This document shows, one piece after another, positions 61,764 through 64,000 of a DNA stretch of 64,000 nt. The DNA comes from Callorhinchus milii (lineage: Eukaryota): positions 10,852,001-10,916,000 of the forward strand of contig NW_024704742.1 in the NCBI RefSeq assembly GCF_018977255.1, read 5' to 3'. Position 1 is the stretch's first letter. The number at the start of each line of letters is the position of its first letter. A model generated the notes under the pieces. The model saw only the letters and a program-made list of their open reading frames with translations. It was not told the origin of the DNA and searched no databases. The position numbers and the translations under genes are program-made.

Positions 61764-63199
61764 AGTTACAGTAAAGTTGCAAGGTTACTTAAATTTGTGA
61801 CCCTGTTGTGACTGACACAAATAAGGACCAACACAAATTCTTCTATCAATTGGTATTTATTAATACAAATTAGTAAAGAAATCATCTCAAAGTTACACAT
61901 TTCATCAAATCAAATTAATGCTGACGACAGATTAGTAAAGTTCACTGCAATGAATTGATCAGATCGATACAGTGGCTTTGATGAGGAATTGGCTTGTTAA
62001 TTCATGTTGATTGCTTCTCCTTTGGTTGAGACTCCTTGACCCTATAAAGACATCTGGCATTCAGCTCCATAAAAACATCTTTTTAGTCAATCGTCTCCTC
62101 CTTCACCAATATTCATTAGTTGTCGACATCCCCTTGCCTTTACCAAGATTCCAGCAGCTTGTTTTAAACAAGTCTGAGTATCACAGACTAAAATCCCTGA
62201 AAATTTCAGTAAAATTGTGAAACCATTCACTGAAATCACTGAAATTAGGAGTCAGAGATTTTGTAAAAAAGTGATCATTTCATCATATTGATAACCTTGC
62301 CTTGACACTTGTTAGCAGTATCAACAAATAAATAACAGGTAAAGCCTTGTCCACCACAAATAGACTGTGCAATGACAGCTTCATGGAGTGATCTTGCAGT
62401 CTCCATGTGCTCTACGACAGAAATGTCCACTGATCCTCCTGTACAGACTCCTCTATCATAGGCCCTGGAAGATTGCATGACACTGATCAGCAAGCAAAGA
62501 CCTGCTGCACATATAGCACAAGTATCCCAGGCAGAGAAGATGGTAAAGCAGAGTCGGCTGGATCTTCAAGCTGCTACACCTGGAGATAACGTGGCTGTCC
62601 CCATCCCAGCAGTGAACAGGGGTAGAGGGGATTCCAGGAATATCCTTGGTAATATCATTAAAAGAGATTTAGACACTGACCAGTACAGAGAGCAGTGAAG
62701 GCCAGCATCCTGAGGGTTCACTATTCCAGGAACCAATTTGACGTCTGCCCACAATGATTGTTAACAGAGACCTGAGTCAACCAGGAGAACTCAGTGTTAC
62801 TCTGTGAAGCTGTCCTTGCACAATCTGTTTGTGATGGACAAGGCTTTACGAAGTGTAACTGTGGACAGAAGAAATGTCAGACCAATTCTTGTAAATGCTT
62901 CAAATCAAAGCTAAATTGTAACTCCCGGTGTCATGGAAGCAGTTGTGTTAACAAATGAACATTTAAGTCATCAGTGAATGAAATGTCATATCAAGTTCGT
63001 GGTGAATAAAATATTAATTTTATTTTATTTATTTGTTGATAATGCTAACAAGTGTCAAGGCAAGGTTAGCAATGTGATGAAATGATCACTTTTTCACAAA
63101 TTCCTTGACTCCTAATTTCAGTGCTTTCATAGCTTCACAATTTTACTGAAAATTTCAGGGATTTCCCCAAATCTCTCGTTTCACAACTTTGCTGTAACA
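61764..63199 (+). mobile_element. Non-autonomous Ginger-type (KRBA2/SCAND3-like integrase) DNA transposon derivative
   Basis: TIRs AGTTACAGTAAAGTTG / CAACTTTGCTGTAACA with TATA on both sides; decayed ORF with GDNVAVPIPAVNRGRGDSRNILG, YSRNQF and a Cys-rich tail GQGFTKCNC..KKCQTNSCKCFKSKLNCNSRCH. Confidence 0.82.
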
Positions 63200-63469
63200 T
63201 ATACAAAGATCTATTTACCCACATTAACAGTGGACATTGAAATTCAGCAAATTAATTCTAATGAAATTTCTTAATAAGCACCTGAATGACAAATGGGGAT
63301 TCTTTGTGATAAGTAGGTTGATTTGACTGACAGAACCTCCATTCCAACTTGATGTTCAGAACATCCGGTTCGGTGTGACTTACACTGGCTGATGAGAGTT
63401 ATTCCCCACTTGTGACTTGGAGTCCTTGTTAAGAAATCCCATTTGAATTGTTGCATTTCCATCATTATG

Positions 63470-63648
63470 GTGGAAGTCAATTCGATAACAACTTTTAAGA
63501 GAGAAGTAAATAATTATTTGGGGCGGGCAAGTTTGCAGGTCTATAGGGTGAGATAGGGAATGGGATTGATTTGGGGTAGCTCTTTTCAAAGAGCCAGCAC
63601 AGACACGATGGGCCGAATGGCCTCCTTCTGTGCTATGATTCTATGATT
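63470..63648 (+). mobile_element. CR1 3' end
   Basis: GGGCCGAATGGCCTCCTTCTGTGCTATGATTCTATGATT terminus. Confidence 0.9.
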
Positions 63649-64000
63649 AATAACAGTGTCTGGAGGAATGACTGTGGATGAATGGAATCTATTTCACATC
63701 CCTTTTTTGAAGCCTCAGAGGTCCATCACCCACTTCTTTGAATTCAATTGGTTTTGCCATTACTTTGATTTACAGAAACTAGACTTTATTGTTTCAGTGA
63801 CTGGGTTATCAAACAAACCTACAAATGCACTGAGAAACGGGTTGACAGTGAATAAATCACCTGACCGAGCCAACATTCTCACACAAATGACCCAATATCA
63901 GAGGCCACTCTTATATAAAGTCCACTTTGACCAAGTCCCCTGAGAGATTGCTGAAGACAGGTTTGACTGTATATACAATGTTAAATTAAATAGGATTGAA

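Overview
Eukaryotic, repeat-dense vertebrate genomic DNA, AT-rich outside the repeats. The repeat inventory points to a cartilaginous fish, most likely a holocephalan such as Callorhinchus; this is inferred from repeats I recognise, not from a search. The inventory is a ~330-bp tRNA-Ala-derived SINE with an (ATT)n tail, Deu-domain SINEs, L2 and CR1 LINE fossils, and a Penelope-like fragment. No intact protein-coding gene is present: nearly all ORF-track entries are SINE/LINE translations or chance ORFs, and the window reads as a long intron or intergenic tract. Notable structure includes: a ~1.44-kb rearranged Ginger-type DNA transposon with TIRs and a TATA TSD (61764-63199); a CpG-rich solo LTR (52953-53623); a degenerate Harbinger transposase fossil (~28850-29260); MITE-like elements; a 294-bp near-identical dispersed duplication; an old SINE-like family with six copies; a tandem AP-1/MARE cluster; several fold-back SINE rearrangements; and a few candidate plus-strand exons/microexons that I cannot assign to a gene. 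I found no convincing new biological system, so the findings are candidates for follow-up.
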